Source: Antedon mediterranea (Eukaryota; Animalia; Echinodermata). From it: 64,000 nt of DNA. How positions within the stretch are numbered: position 1 is the first letter of the stretch; the number at the start of each line of letters is the position of its first letter. Made by a program: the position numbers and the translations under genes. Where the stretch lies: NCBI RefSeq assembly GCF_964355755.1, contig NC_092673.1, forward strand, positions 33,043,648 to 33,107,647. The letters are read 5' to 3'. The notes beneath the pieces are model-generated. The model was not told where the DNA came from, ran no database searches, and saw only the letters and a program-made list of their open reading frames with translations. Shown piece by piece: positions 62,539 to 64,000 of the stretch.

Positions 62539-64000
62539 GTAAGAACCATTTCCACTACATACTGACTGTAGTACATTATTTTTACATTTTGGCAAGTTAT
62601 ATGTACTGTAATTTTGGTTTTCAATAAAGTCTTAAGAGAAACCATAGATTGTACAGATAATCAAAAAATCGTTCGTAAAGATATCACATTCAAAATTTCT
62701 ACATGGAGATATAATTATATATTTCTATATGGTACATTAACTAGAATAAAAACCACAAAAATGAAAAGTATTTTTGCATATTGTTATCAATTATGTTTAA
62801 TAATCTTTCACACATTATTACAAACTACAAAAAAAACCACTTTAGCCTTGTCCTAATTCTTAAATATAAAAATGAACAAATTCAGAAGAAAAATAATAAT
62901 TATTATATACGACAAAGCTTTTTTCAGAACAGAATAGAAGGACAATTCATTTTAGTATCATCTGTATCAAAAAAGCATTGGCATTTTTATTTGATACATT
63001 ACACTAATTTGAAATATATGATTATTTGACCAGGCTTCTTGAGTCCTGCATCCTCTGACGGAGTCTGCTTCGACGCCATCACATCAACAGGGGTGCCGCA
63101 AACTGCCCCAATAATTGCGTTACAAAACCAAACCTGAAATAAATACAGAACCGTTTGAAAATGAAGAAAAATATATAACGAAAGAAAAACTAATTTCTAA
63201 ACACTAATATAATATCCAGTAAAGAAATTAAAAGTACTATTTTACAAGGATTAAATAGAATTGAAAGATGGTCAGCACCTCAACAAATTAGTACTATCAG
63301 TGGGAACTGCACATCAGCAATGAACAAGATAGGATAATTATAAAACATGTCAATGAAACTGTAATGACAACTGCTGGTAGTATATGAATAAAATATAAAG
63401 GAAAACAAATAAAATAAATTCATATTTGGATTAAAGAGTACCAGTATTTTGAAAAAATGCTGGTTAGAGTGTAATTTGGTATAACACGTTATGGTGATTT
63501 TCAATGAATTTACATAAAAATAAGTAAACATGTAAATTACAATATATTGTATCAATATGATTGTCACTCAGGGGTGGACTTGATAATTATAGATTAATTA
63601 AAAATGAAATTAGATGGTGGGTAACCTAATCAATATTAATTAAAAATGAAGTTATTACACATTTTCAATTAAAGATGTATTGTTCCCCCAAAAACATGAA
63701 AAATGAAGATTGATTAAATCCGACTTTGAATACTGGTTATTTTGTAGTTTTAATCAAGTTAATCACTTCCGTAGAAAAAAAAAGGGGAGAAAAATGTATC
63801 TTCAAAGTCCAATGATAAATGTATACATTTGTGTTGTTGTTATAAATGCCTTAAAGGTGTATTATGATAATTATAAAATCAATAATGATTAGTATTAGGA
63901 AATATACAAATATGGATTTGATATTTCCGTAATAGATTCCATTTTTTGAAGGGCATGGGTTACGTTTTCAATTTTTCCTGAGGATATGTTGGTGGCCTAT

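Noticed and set aside
63030-63136. GC-richer patch as the next TMEM268 exon or a minus-strand exon
   Set aside because: The plus-strand phase-0 reading after CAG hits TGA at the third codon; the minus-strand reading has no recognisable homology or partner exon in the window.

Overview
AT-rich, intron-rich invertebrate animal genomic DNA, not prokaryotic. A Deu/Nin-type SINE core is compatible with a marine deuterostome or lophotrochozoan, but the taxon cannot be fixed from this window. Spliced gene models were rebuilt by hand with phase-consistent GT-AG junctions. (1) TYW3 on the minus strand, 5 exons, running off the left edge. (2) Head-to-head with it, a complete 7-exon Neverland/DAF-36 Rieske cholesterol 7-desaturase (465 aa). 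(3) A 2-exon secreted C-type lectin with non-canonical sugar-binding motifs. (4,5) A tandem pair of 2-exon paralogous, cysteine-free, secreted helical proteins that I cannot assign to any family. (6) A plus-strand gene running off the right edge that appears to join a TIR domain to a TMEM268/DUF4481-like two-TM domain; the TIR sits on a symmetric phase-1 exon, and the gene has two candidate first exons and a U12-type intron. Introns and intergenic DNA carry LINE fragments, tRNA-derived SINEs, hAT-, Harbinger-, Tc1/mariner-, Kolobok- and Helentron-like non-autonomous elements (some nested), and 27-bp and 76-bp tandem arrays. The best candidates for new biology are the TIR-TMEM268 architecture and the orphan secreted-protein pair. 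Homology calls are from recalled family motifs and need database confirmation.
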